A stretch of DNA of 64,000 nucleotides from an uncultured Trueperaceae bacterium (GTDB lineage: Bacteria > Deinococcota > Deinococci > Deinococcales > Trueperaceae), in the NCBI GenBank assembly GCA_963799485.1, contig CAWCXJ010000008.1:311526-375525 (forward strand), in the 5' to 3' direction. The translations under genes and the position numbers were made by a program. Below the pieces are notes generated by a model. It saw only the letters and a list, made by a program, of their open reading frames with translations. It was not told where the DNA came from and made no database searches. Below, piece by piece: positions 1-9,418 of the stretch (position 1 is its first letter; every line of letters starts with the position of its first letter).

Positions 1-396
1 CGGCGCAAAGCGAACCGGAAAGGCGATTTGCAGCTTGCTCCCGGCCTGCTCGCACGCTGAAATCATCTCCTGAGCCGCTTTTACGGTGGTGGCGATAGGT
101 TTTTCGCACAAGATATTTGGGACTTTTCCGGCGGCGGCTAAAACGTGTGCCCGGTGGTTGCTGTTTTCCGAGCAGATGGTGACGCCGTCCAAGTTCGCCG
201 TAAAAAGCTCGTCCAGCGTGCCAAACGCCTGCGTGCCAAACTGCTCCGCCTGTTCTTTGGCTCTCGCCGCGTCATCGTCGTAAATCCCGGCAATCCCTAC
301 GCCCAGGGTGTTTAGCGCGTTTGCGTAGCTCCGGGCGTGCATGTGGGCAAAGCTGACCATGCCGATTTTTGGGCCTGTTTTTGCGGCCTGCGTCAT
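1..396 (-). CDS. Gfo/Idh/MocA family oxidoreductase (3' end outside window)
   Basis: Manual translation from ATG 396: MTQAAKTGPKIGMVSFAHMHARSYANAL...ICSENSNHRAH...ILCEKPIA. EKP motif; ATGA overlap with the upstream gene's stop. Not in the ORF track. Confidence 0.85.
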   Translation of the reverse strand, partial: MTQAAKTGPKIGMVSFAHMHARSYANALNTLGVGIAGIYDDDAARAKEQAEQFGTQAFGTLDELFTANLDGVTICSENSNHRAHVLAAAGKVPNILCEKPIATTVKAAQEMISACEQAGSKLQIAFPVRFAP

Positions 397-1409
397 GCGA
401 GCACCTCTTCGGAAAACGTGTCTACGGTGACGGGTTGCCCCGTCTTCACCGAGGCAATCGCCGCCAGCGAAAGCTTGAGCGCCATCAGGCCGTCTTGTGG
501 CGAAACGAGAAAAGGTTCCCCGGTGTCGAGGCAGTGCAAAACATGTTGAAGTTCTTTGTAGTACGGGTCGTCGGTGGGCACCAGCGGATTATCCGAGCCC
601 GGAATCTTTTCATCGCCGGTTTTTGCGGCGTCAACGTGCAGGATAAAAGGCGGCGGTTCGCTCCCGCTCCACTCCAAGAGGGTACCTTCCCCGGCGACCT
701 CCAAAGACGTGACAAACTGTCCCGGTGGCGACGCCCAGCTCCCCTCGATATGCCCGATGGCCCCGTTTTTGAACCGCAAGGTAATCAGCGACTGGTCGCG
801 CATACTCTCACCGGCAAAGGTCAGGCCGTGCGCGAAGACCCGCTCGACCTCGCCGTAAAGCCAGTGCGCGAAGTCGAGGTCGTGAATCGACAAGTCCATG
901 ACCACGCCGCCGCCCTGCTCGAAGCTGTTGTACCAGGTGCCCGGGTCGGTGCGCGGAAAGCTCCCGGCCCGCACGGTTCGTAAAACGCCAGGTCTTCCAA
1001 GCTCGCCGCTGTCTTGCAGAGCTTTGGCCCTTTCGTACTGCGGAAAAAAGCGCACCACATGGGCGATAAAAAGCCGCACACCCGCCTTTTCACATACTTT
1101 GACCATCTCGTCGGCGTCTCTCAGGTGCCGTGCAACCGGTTTTTCGCAGATGATGTCTTTGCCCGCTGCCGCTGCTGCCAGCACACCTTCTTTGTGGGCG
1201 TAGGTCGGGGTACATACGTCAACTAAGTCGGCGGCCTCGAGCAGCTCATCCAAAGTATCAAACGCCCGCCCCCCGAACTGCTCGGCGGCGCGTTCGGCGT
1301 TCTCTAAAGTATGGTCGTAAAAACCTACTAGCTCGACCGGTAAGTTTTTCCAGCGTTCGGCGTGCCAGCTGCCGATAAGCCCTGCGCCCACAATTCCTAC
1401 ACGTCTCAC
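393..1409 (-). CDS. Gfo/Idh/MocA family oxidoreductase
   Basis: GIVGAGLIG Rossmann motif, CEKP, DLSIHDLD; SD AGGAG upstream of GTG. Confidence 0.92.
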   Translation of the reverse strand: MRRVGIVGAGLIGSWHAERWKNLPVELVGFYDHTLENAERAAEQFGGRAFDTLDELLEAADLVDVCTPTYAHKEGVLAAAAAGKDIICEKPVARHLRDADEMVKVCEKAGVRLFIAHVVRFFPQYERAKALQDSGELGRPGVLRTVRAGSFPRTDPGTWYNSFEQGGGVVMDLSIHDLDFAHWLYGEVERVFAHGLTFAGESMRDQSLITLRFKNGAIGHIEGSWASPPGQFVTSLEVAGEGTLLEWSGSEPPPFILHVDAAKTGDEKIPGSDNPLVPTDDPYYKELQHVLHCLDTGEPFLVSPQDGLMALKLSLAAIASVKTGQPVTVDTFSEEVLA

Positions 1410-1580
1410 ACCGCGCTCCTTTGGGTAGGTTGATACTCGAAAAACATTGTCAAATCAATGTAACACTTGAGAGAGGTATAGCACAGGTATAGCCCTGATA
1501 ACTAGAGATGACGAGTCCGATTTTTTGTCGCTCTTTCCGGACAGACATCTTAAACTTTGGATATCTACTAGAGGAGAACG

Positions 1581-3089
1581 ATGTTCAACGCTTTTGTCTG
1601 GCAGCTCTACAAAGAATCTGAACGGGGTAAAAGGGCGATAGAGCATTGCTCGAGCTTCGCTAACGCTCTTTATGACGGCGCGTACGCCGCACTATTTTTC
1701 GGTTTGTCTTTTGACGCAGTGCCGAGCGGTTATCCAGAAACGGACTCTGCCGGCGCTGAGCTTATTGGGGCAGTTCGAGACTTTGCGGCAAAAAGCTGTA
1801 TCAGCACTTCTCAACAAGCTACCGATTTGTTCGAGCGTCTCGTTTCGCGCGGTTTGCCCATCCACTTTTCGGGTGAAGCTGAGCCGATGACCTTTAACAA
1901 CGAGAACTTAACCGACTGCATTCAGCAGGTCTCTATCGGGCTTCATCTGGCGCACCCGGACTACTTTACGCCTTACGGGTTTAGAACCTCGTTTGCCGAC
2001 CTTTTACGGATTGGCGACCTTTTCGGGCTTGCGCTCCCCTCAGTTCCAGGTAAGAAAGACGCCGAGGGAAGAGGGCGCTACTACGGTCGGCTTAGCCGAG
2101 CTTTCTACGAGTTTCGCCGAAGCCACGACCTAAGTTCAGCTGAGATGTGCGCGTTTTTGCACGACTTCGCCCCGAGATTTTTGGTCGAGGAAGATGACGC
2201 TTTGCCTGAGCCGTCTAAAGTTTGGTTGATAACAGGGGGCACGGGAAATAACGGAGATTTTGAGTGGTTAGAAGAGGCCGTAAAAAACAAAGGCGCTTTG
2301 GATTTTTGGCAAGGCAACCTTGACACACGTCGGGGCGACGTTTTACTTATGTATTGCGTATCGCCGAACAGCTATATCCATTCGATTTGGCGTGTAACAA
2401 CAGACGGTTTCGTTGACCCATTCTTTCACTATCACAGCACCATCTGGATTGAGCAGCCGATTAAGACGGTGCCTGTCACCTTTCGGGAAATGAAAGCAGA
2501 CCCACTACTGTCTCAGAAGGGTAAGGCGCATTTGCAGGGGTCGAGCGGTAAGCCGTTCACTGTTGAGGAATACAACGCCATCCTAGAGATTATGGCGAGT
2601 AAAGGGCAAGACATCAGCAAGCTCCCCCGACCGAAGACAGTTTCGTTTTTACCGTCCACCGAACTTAGAAACGAACGTGATGTTGAAACCGAGCTTATTG
2701 AACCGCTACTTTTGCACCTTGGCTACACCGAAAAAGACTGGTTGCGGCAGATGCGTTTGCGGATGGGCCGAGGTGAACGCATTTATCCCGATTATGTGTT
2801 TGGCGCACAGACTAAAAGGGGCGAAGAACGTGCTGACATGGTACTCGAGGCCAAATTCACCATCAGCGGTGAAAAAACGTTACGAGAAAGCTACGTGCAA
2901 GCCGTGTCTTACGCCTACAGGTTGCGCGCCGAAGTTGTGATGTTGGGGGCTCGAGAAGGTCTCTGGCTATTCAAACAAAAACGGGGCAGCTTTTCTCTTA
3001 CATCTTTCGACTTTTACGATTGGGACGCCCTGCAGCACCCCGACAAGCTTTTTGAACTTGGGAAATTGCTTGTCAAACCCAAACGCTGA
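1581..3089 (+). CDS. Putative restriction endonuclease: central EVE/PUA-like domain plus C-terminal HsdR-N-like PD-(D/E)XK nuclease
   Basis: C-terminal ERDVETELIEPLL..LGY, YPDY...VLEAK, QAVSYA. Central WQGNLDTRRGDVLLMYC..P...I resembles the EVE fold. SD GAGGAG. Confidence 0.65.
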   Translation: MFNAFVWQLYKESERGKRAIEHCSSFANALYDGAYAALFFGLSFDAVPSGYPETDSAGAELIGAVRDFAAKSCISTSQQATDLFERLVSRGLPIHFSGEAEPMTFNNENLTDCIQQVSIGLHLAHPDYFTPYGFRTSFADLLRIGDLFGLALPSVPGKKDAEGRGRYYGRLSRAFYEFRRSHDLSSAEMCAFLHDFAPRFLVEEDDALPEPSKVWLITGGTGNNGDFEWLEEAVKNKGALDFWQGNLDTRRGDVLLMYCVSPNSYIHSIWRVTTDGFVDPFFHYHSTIWIEQPIKTVPVTFREMKADPLLSQKGKAHLQGSSGKPFTVEEYNAILEIMASKGQDISKLPRPKTVSFLPSTELRNERDVETELIEPLLLHLGYTEKDWLRQMRLRMGRGERIYPDYVFGAQTKRGEERADMVLEAKFTISGEKTLRESYVQAVSYAYRLRAEVVMLGAREGLWLFKQKRGSFSLTSFDFYDWDALQHPDKLFELGKLLVKPKR

Positions 3090-3140
3090 ACTGTGCCCCC
3101 ACCGCTCTCACCCGCACAACCCACCCCGGTACAATGACCT

Positions 3141-4631
3141 GTGAAGAAGAAGATCATCATTATCGGCAGCGGCTTCGGCGCACTCGGGGCCGCTGCTCGC
3201 CTGCTCGCCGCCGGACACGACGTAACCATGTTCGAAAAACGCGACAAGCTCGGGGGCCGCGCCTACGTCTACGAGCTGGGCGGCTTCAAGTTCGACGGCG
3301 GCCCGACGATCGTCACCGCGCCGTTTATGTTCGACGACATCTTCGAGGCGGCCGGAAAGCGCCGTGAAGACTATTTCGAGCTGGTCAAGTGCGACCCGTT
3401 CTACCGGATTTTCGACGCCGACGGGCGGCCCTTCGACTACAACGACGACGAGATGTTTACCCTCCGCGAGATTCACGAGCGCAACCCAAAAGACAAAGAG
3501 GGCTACCTGCGCTTTATCCGTTCGACCAAGGCGATTTTTCAAAAAGGGTTTGTGGAGCTTGCCGATAAGCCTTTTTTGAGCGTGTGGGACATGCTCAAGG
3601 TCGCGCCCGACTTGGTACGTTTGCAGTCGTACAAGAGCGTGTACAAATACGCGTCGGGCTTTGTTGAGGACGAATTCTTGCGGAAAGTCTTTTCGTTTCA
3701 CCCGCTTTTGGTCGGTGGCAATCCGTTCGATACAACCTCGATTTACGCGATGATTCATTACCTCGAGCGCGAGTGGGGCGTGTGGTACGCCCTCGGCGGC
3801 ACCGGCGCGATTGTCAAAGGTCTGGGGCGGCTGATTACCGAACTCGGCGGCGAAATCTACTTAAACGCCGAAGTTGACGAAATTGTCGTAGACAAGGGCG
3901 AAGGTGAGCGGCGCGTGAAAGGCGTGCGGATGCAAGACGGCAGTGTTCGCACCGCCGACGCCGTAATCTCCAACGCCGACGTCGCCTACACCTACCGCAG
4001 CATGATTGCGCCTGAACACCGCCGTAAATACACCGACAAAAAAATTGAGAACATGAAGTACGCGATGTCGCTCTTTGTCATCTATTTCGGCACCAAAAAA
4101 CGCTACCTCGACACCAAGCTCAAGCACCACAACATCATTCTGGGCGAGCGCTACGAGGAGCTGCTCCAAGACATCTTTAACAAACATCACGTCGCCGAGG
4201 ACTTTTCCTTGTACCTGCATATGCCGACCTACACCGACCCGAGCATGGCCCCGGAGGGCTGCGAGTCGTTTTACGTCTTGTCGCCGGTGCCGCACTTGGG
4301 TTCGGGGACGGACTGGAAGGTTGCCGCCAAACCCTACCGCGACCTCATCATGCAGTTCTTAGAGGACAACTACCTGCCGGATTTGCAGGAAAACATCGTG
4401 GTCGAACACATGATCGACCCGCTGCATTTTCAGGACACGCTCAACTCGTATCAGGGGTCGGCGTTTAGCGTGCAACCTCTTTTGACGCAGTCGGCGTGGT
4501 TCCGGCCGCACAACCGCAGCGAGGAGTTCAGCAACCTCTACTTTGTGGGTGCGGGGACGCATCCGGGGGCGGGGTTGCCGGGGGTGTTGTCGAGTTCGAA
4601 GATCGTTGAAAACCTTATCGGGGCGGCCTAA
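3141..4631 (+). CDS. crtI: Phytoene desaturase
   Basis: [21 protein letters not shown], and C-terminal [18 protein letters not shown] signature. Confidence 0.95.
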   Translation: MKKKIIIIGSGFGALGAAARLLAAGHDVTMFEKRDKLGGRAYVYELGGFKFDGGPTIVTAPFMFDDIFEAAGKRREDYFELVKCDPFYRIFDADGRPFDYNDDEMFTLREIHERNPKDKEGYLRFIRSTKAIFQKGFVELADKPFLSVWDMLKVAPDLVRLQSYKSVYKYASGFVEDEFLRKVFSFHPLLVGGNPFDTTSIYAMIHYLEREWGVWYALGGTGAIVKGLGRLITELGGEIYLNAEVDEIVVDKGEGERRVKGVRMQDGSVRTADAVISNADVAYTYRSMIAPEHRRKYTDKKIENMKYAMSLFVIYFGTKKRYLDTKLKHHNIILGERYEELLQDIFNKHHVAEDFSLYLHMPTYTDPSMAPEGCESFYVLSPVPHLGSGTDWKVAAKPYRDLIMQFLEDNYLPDLQENIVVEHMIDPLHFQDTLNSYQGSAFSVQPLLTQSAWFRPHNRSEEFSNLYFVGAGTHPGAGLPGVLSSSKIVENLIGAA

Positions 4632-4770
4632 AATCGTCCCCGTAAAATGCTGGTTTGTAGGCTGAAAGAATACGTGAACGGCTGAGACGTACTATCAATA
4701 GGGCGACGCGTCGCGTTCGCAGTGTGTTTTTGCCGTACATCTTTTACGGGGCGCAGGTGAGGAGAAAACG

Positions 4771-5154
4771 ATGGAAAGCCGTGCGTTTAGACGTGACTTG
4801 AAAGCTTTACGGCGTGAGTTGGAGGAACTCCAGGAAACCCTGGAAGACTTGGGCGAATCGGGCAGTGAGGCCGCTAAAAGCGCCTTAAACGAGATGAAAG
4901 GGAGTCTCGAGGCCAAACTCAGAGACGTTTTCAGCTCGGTCAAGGACACCTCTCAGGGAACGGAAAGCCGGGGCCAGAGCTTTTTCCGGGACGCCGAACA
5001 AGGGGGTAAAAGGTTTACAAAACGCGCTGAATACCGGGGTAAAGGCGCATTTTACGAGGCCCGGCCCGGCAATGCGACTCGGGGTACCGGGGCGGCGTCT
5101 CTCGTGGGTTTCGGTCTCGGGTTTGCGGTGGGCTGGCTGTTGGCTCGGCGCTAA
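4771..5154 (+). CDS. Hypothetical coiled-coil protein with C-terminal membrane anchor (ElaB/YqjD/DUF883-like architecture)
   Basis: SD GAGGAG; charged helical N-terminus; C-terminal LVGFGLGFAVGWLLARR. Confidence 0.6.
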   Translation: MESRAFRRDLKALRRELEELQETLEDLGESGSEAAKSALNEMKGSLEAKLRDVFSSVKDTSQGTESRGQSFFRDAEQGGKRFTKRAEYRGKGAFYEARPGNATRGTGAASLVGFGLGFAVGWLLARR

Positions 5155-5169
5155 GCGTTTACCGGTTTC

Positions 5170-5200
5170 AAAGAGACCACCGTAAAACGGTCTCTTTTTT
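5170..5200 (+). terminator. Intrinsic terminator between convergent genes
   Basis: AAAGAGACC...GGTCTCTTT stem followed by a T run. Confidence 0.7.
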
Positions 5201-5247
5201 GGCAGTCGGCTGCCGCTCTGCTCGTTCGCTACGTTTTACGGTGGCTG

Positions 5248-5571
5248 TTAAAACACCGCTTGCAGCGCCCAGAGGGCAATCATGCCTGCTAAAAGCGTCC
5301 AGATGATGCTTTTGGTGTACCACGCCACGACGCTCGCCACGAGTCCGGCCATGAGTTTTTCGTTGCTGAGGGTGAGCTCGAGCGCACCCTCCCGAAACAC
5401 AATCGCCGGCACGACAATCGCCGGAAGCACCGCCACCGGCACGAACCGGAGCGCCCGCTGCACCACCGGCGGCAACCTGAGGCGATCTGACAACGCGATA
5501 AACGACACGCGCAGCGCAAAGGTAATAAGTCCCATCGCCAGCATCGTCCACCAGAGTGTTGTTCCGCTCAT
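5248..5571 (-). CDS. azlD: AzlD family branched-chain amino acid exporter subunit
   Basis: Small membrane protein, ALRFVPVAVLPAIV motif, overlaps azlC stop. Confidence 0.85.
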   Translation of the reverse strand: MSGTTLWWTMLAMGLITFALRVSFIALSDRLRLPPVVQRALRFVPVAVLPAIVVPAIVFREGALELTLSNEKLMAGLVASVVAWYTKSIIWTLLAGMIALWALQAVF

Positions 5572-6263
5572 GTAGTCGCCCGTTGCTGCACGGCTTCAAC
5601 GAGTGTGCCCGTTCCGATGCCGACGAGCGCCGCGACGATGAGCGCGAGGTTAAACGGTAAAGCGTGGGCAACGACGACGGTGACGCCGGCAGCAAGCGCC
5701 GCTGCGACCGCCGCGCGGTCAACCAGAACGGGAAAAATCAGCGCCATAAAAATCAGCGGAATGGCGAACTCTAAAGACCAGCCTTCCGGCACCTGCGACC
5801 CGACAAAAACGCCGACCGCCGTGGTCAGCATCCACACCGCCCAAATCGGCGCGGCAAAACCCAGATAGTAGAGACTTTTGTAGGGCATGTCGGGCTCGGC
5901 GACGAAGCGGCGGATAGAGAGCGCGTAAGCCTGATCGGTCATAAGGTACGCCATGAGGCTCTTGGGTCCCACCGAAAAACGCGCCAGGTAGGGGGCAATC
6001 GATGCGCTGTACATCATAAAGCGCAAATTGATAAAAAACGTCGTCAGGAGGATGACGAACAGGGGCGCGCCAGAGGCGATAAGTTGTAACCCTGCGAGCT
6101 GCGACGCGCCCGCAAAAACAAGCGCCGACATCGCAATCGCCTGAACATCAGGCAACCCGACGCTCGCCGCGCTGACACCGGCTACGAGTCCGAAAGGGAT
6201 AATACCAAGCATCACGGGTAAACCGACCTGAAAGCCGGAGAAGAGGGTCGCTCGAGGAGACAC
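5568..6263 (-). CDS. azlC: AzlC family branched-chain amino acid exporter
   Basis: VFAGASQL, INLRFMMYS, MTDQAYA motifs. Confidence 0.9.
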   Translation of the reverse strand: MSPRATLFSGFQVGLPVMLGIIPFGLVAGVSAASVGLPDVQAIAMSALVFAGASQLAGLQLIASGAPLFVILLTTFFINLRFMMYSASIAPYLARFSVGPKSLMAYLMTDQAYALSIRRFVAEPDMPYKSLYYLGFAAPIWAVWMLTTAVGVFVGSQVPEGWSLEFAIPLIFMALIFPVLVDRAAVAAALAAGVTVVVAHALPFNLALIVAALVGIGTGTLVEAVQQRATT

Positions 6264-6293
6264 AGGGTTTATTCTACGGGACGCTAAGCCGTA

Positions 6294-7442
6294 CTAAAGC
6301 CCACGCATGGTAAATGCCCGTGCAAACGGGTGCTTGAGCGGGGTGTGCAAGATGCTCCAGGCGAAGGTGTCACGGAGGACGGCGAGCGGTGTGGCGCGGC
6401 CCATCACGGTATTGAACTCGGCGCGGCAGGCGGCGCTCTTTGCCGTGTTACGGTGCGCGTCGTAGTCGCCAAACCCTTCACCTCGCGCTAAAGCGTCCGC
6501 CAGTCGCCACGCGCCCAGCCAGCCGAGGTTCATCCCCTGTCCGCCGATTGGACTCAGCACATGTGCGGCGTCGCCGACGAAGGCTACCCGGCCCACCGTA
6601 AAACGTTCGGCTAGAAAACGCTGGACGCCGAAGCTCGACGGCGTGGTATTCGTCTCTGCAGGTACACCGAGGCGTACACTGCGGCGTATATTGCGACCAA
6701 GTCGCTCATCGACTAGATTGGCAACGAGTTCGTAAGTCGGTTTTCGAACGAACTGCGGCGTTTTGACGACCCAGCGCCGTACCCCGCCGGGGAGCGGAAA
6801 CGACTCGACCAGCCCCGCGTGCGTAAAGTAAAGCTCTGCGTCGCCGACCAACCCGGTCGTATCGGCAAAGTCGCCCATAACATAAGCATCGGGATAGCGT
6901 TTGCCGAGAAACGGAACGCCCAAGGTCTGCCGGACGAAACTGTCTTTGCCGTCGGCGGCGACCAAAAAACGGCTCCGCAGGGCTTCACCGGATTTTAGGG
7001 TTACGGTAACACCGTTCGGGTCAGGCTCGAGCCCCGCCACTTCAGCCCCGGATAAACGGGCGCACGGTGCGAGCTCGTCTAATCGCGCTGCTAGCAGCGC
7101 TTCGGTACGTGGTTGCGGCAGCGTGAGGATAAACGGGTAGGGTGCAGGACACGAAGAAAAGAGCAGCGTTCCCAAATGCTGCGTCCCGCGTTTGGTGCCG
7201 GTGTAGGCGTGACCGCGCGTGACCTGAACGCCTGCTTGAATGAATTTTTCCGCCAGGCCGAGGACGGCAAGACGCTCCAAAGCGGGAGGATGCACGCCGA
7301 TGGCGCGTGAATGTAGTGACGGGGTGGGGTAGCGCTCGAGCACCCTCACCCTCACCCCGAGCTGCGCCAGACGGCAGCTCAAAAAGAGGCCGACTGCACC
7401 TCCGCCAACGACAAAGACATCGGCGTCGAACGTTTCAGTCAT
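6294..7442 (-). CDS. FAD-dependent monooxygenase (UbiH/PheA-like)
   Basis: VVGGGAVGL, ADG..S.VR, GDAAHVLSPIGGQGMNLG. Confidence 0.9.
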   Translation of the reverse strand: MTETFDADVFVVGGGAVGLFLSCRLAQLGVRVRVLERYPTPSLHSRAIGVHPPALERLAVLGLAEKFIQAGVQVTRGHAYTGTKRGTQHLGTLLFSSCPAPYPFILTLPQPRTEALLAARLDELAPCARLSGAEVAGLEPDPNGVTVTLKSGEALRSRFLVAADGKDSFVRQTLGVPFLGKRYPDAYVMGDFADTTGLVGDAELYFTHAGLVESFPLPGGVRRWVVKTPQFVRKPTYELVANLVDERLGRNIRRSVRLGVPAETNTTPSSFGVQRFLAERFTVGRVAFVGDAAHVLSPIGGQGMNLGWLGAWRLADALARGEGFGDYDAHRNTAKSAACRAEFNTVMGRATPLAVLRDTFAWSILHTPLKHPFARAFTMRGL

Positions 7443-8133
7443 TACTAAGGCCGTGACTTAGAAGTAGACGGTACGGATAAGGGCTCGCGACCTGCCAACC
7501 GGGAGGGACGACGGTACGCAGCTCTGCGGGCGTGTATGAGCGCCGAACCGAGGTGAGGCCGTCGGGGGTGATATACGACCTGGGAAAAAACGGCCCGGTC
7601 AGCGCGGCGAAGCCCACGTAGGCGAGGTCGGCGCGGGCGATATCGTTATGCAGCACCACGCGTCCAAGCGCGGCGCTGTCACAGCAAAGTTCTTTGACCT
7701 CTGCGTCGGACAGGTGATGGAGCAGGTGGTTTGAAATCACCATATCGAACGTGTCGCCGCGCGCCCGTACCGCGCGGGTATCGGTCTGTTCAAACGAAAG
7801 TTTGGGATGAGAGGGCAAGTCGCTCGCAAACGCGGCTGCGCGCGGGTCAGGGTCGATAGCTTTGATGTTCAGCTCGAGCCCGTCGCGTTCGGCCCAGCGT
7901 AGCAGCACACGCGGAACATCGCCGCCGCCGAAACCGATATCTAGCAAACGGCTGCGGCGGTCTGCCGAGAGCTGCGGGCGCAGATAACACCGGTAGAGCG
8001 TCCACCAGCCCGAAAAAACTCGGTTGACGGTGCCGAAACGGGCATACGTCGCCTGAAGCTTACGCGGGTTACACGCCGGGTCATCCATGTGTTCGCGCAG
8101 GTCGGCCCTGCGTGTATGCAAAACGAGTGGCAT
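7435..8133 (-). CDS. Class I SAM-dependent methyltransferase (type III PKS-associated)
   Basis: LLDIGFGGGD motif I, SNHLLHHL, DGLTSVRRSY. Confidence 0.88.
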   Translation of the reverse strand: MPLVLHTRRADLREHMDDPACNPRKLQATYARFGTVNRVFSGWWTLYRCYLRPQLSADRRSRLLDIGFGGGDVPRVLLRWAERDGLELNIKAIDPDPRAAAFASDLPSHPKLSFEQTDTRAVRARGDTFDMVISNHLLHHLSDAEVKELCCDSAALGRVVLHNDIARADLAYVGFAALTGPFFPRSYITPDGLTSVRRSYTPAELRTVVPPGWQVASPYPYRLLLSHGLSND

Positions 8134-9281
8134 CAGCAGCGTGTCAGGAGGCCGCTCTCAACCGTTAGACCGGGGCCGAACGCCACCGCGCAAACCCGTT
8201 CGCCACGCGCCGAGTTCGCCAAAATCTTTTGCAGGACAAATAAAACCGTCGCACTGCTCATGTTGCCGTAGTTGCGGAGGACGGTGCGGGAGGGCTCGAG
8301 CGCACTTTCCCCCAACCCCAGGCTCTTTGCTACCTTGTCCAAAATGGCCCGTCCGCCGGGGTGAACGCCCCACCGCTCGATATCAGAAACGCCTAGTCCG
8401 AACTGCTCGAACAAGGGAGCCAGGGCCGCGCCGATGTTCGCTTCTAAAATTTCCGGTACATAACTCGATAAAACAATATCGAAACCTTCATCCCCGACCG
8501 ACCACGCCATATCGCCTTCACCGTCGGCGGTCAGGGTGGTCGCTAGAGCGCTCAGCTCAAACGCCGGAGCTCGCGGCTTTCTCGCGCTGACCAAAGCTGC
8601 GCCCGCACCGTCGGCGAAGACCGAGCTTGCGAGCAACCGGTCTACGTCGCCGCCGAGTTGCAAATGGAGCGTACAAAGCTCTAAACACACGACCAGCACG
8701 ACCGCATCCGGGTCGGCCTGACAAAACGCCTTGGCCATCTTGAGCGCCGGAAACGCCGCGTAGCAGCCCATAAAACCGACGTGAAAGCGCTGGACTTCAG
8801 GGCGCAAGCAGAGGTCGCGGACTAAAAAGTAGTCCGGCCCCGGCGCACAAAACCCGGTGCATGACACCGTGACGACGTGGGTTACGTCGCTTGCAGTGAA
8901 GCTCGAGCTAGAGAGCACCTTTTCTGCTACTTCCTTGAAGAGGGGACGCGCGGCCTTGGTATAGAGGTCGTTACGGGCCTTGGTCGAGGGTGAGGTGTAG
9001 GTGCCGTTCTCGTCCAAAAACAGACCTGAGGTTGCTGTACTCGTTGCTGTACTCGTTGCTGTACTCGTTGCTGTGCCTGCTGTATCCGGCGTATTGATGG
9101 GGACAAAATCCGGGACGACGCTGTAGCGCATTTCGATTCCCGACTGGCTGTAAAGCCGATGGACGAGGCGCTGCGCGAGGCGGTCACCAAGCTGCGCCTT
9201 GAGGGTGTCGCGGGCGTGAAGCTGAGGTATCGCGTACGGCGGTACGGCGGTCGCCAGTTGCTGGATAAAGACGGGTTCCAT
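8133..9281 (-). CDS. Type III polyketide synthase
   Basis: Cys-His-Asn triad motifs FMGCYAA, VHPGG, YGNMSSA; C-terminal AFGPGLTVE. Confidence 0.95.
   Translation of the reverse strand: MEPVFIQQLATAVPPYAIPQLHARDTLKAQLGDRLAQRLVHRLYSQSGIEMRYSVVPDFVPINTPDTAGTATSTATSTATSTATSGLFLDENGTYTSPSTKARNDLYTKAARPLFKEVAEKVLSSSSFTASDVTHVVTVSCTGFCAPGPDYFLVRDLCLRPEVQRFHVGFMGCYAAFPALKMAKAFCQADPDAVVLVVCLELCTLHLQLGGDVDRLLASSVFADGAGAALVSARKPRAPAFELSALATTLTADGEGDMAWSVGDEGFDIVLSSYVPEILEANIGAALAPLFEQFGLGVSDIERWGVHPGGRAILDKVAKSLGLGESALEPSRTVLRNYGNMSSATVLFVLQKILANSARGERVCAVAFGPGLTVESGLLTRC
9031..9074. repeat. 12-bp tandem repeat (GTTGCTGTACTC x3.7) inside the PKS gene, encoding TATS repeats
   Basis: Read directly in the sequence. 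Confidence 0.95.
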
Positions 9282-9418
9282 CCCCTACTCTACGCGCTTC
9301 GCCAAGCTGCCAGTTAGGAGGTGCAATACGGTTGCGACAAGCTACGTCTAACAAGAGATTTGGGGGTTAGCTGCTGGGTATGCCCCGGCTCGAGCGTAAA
9401 ATTAGTCCAGGAGGCGTG

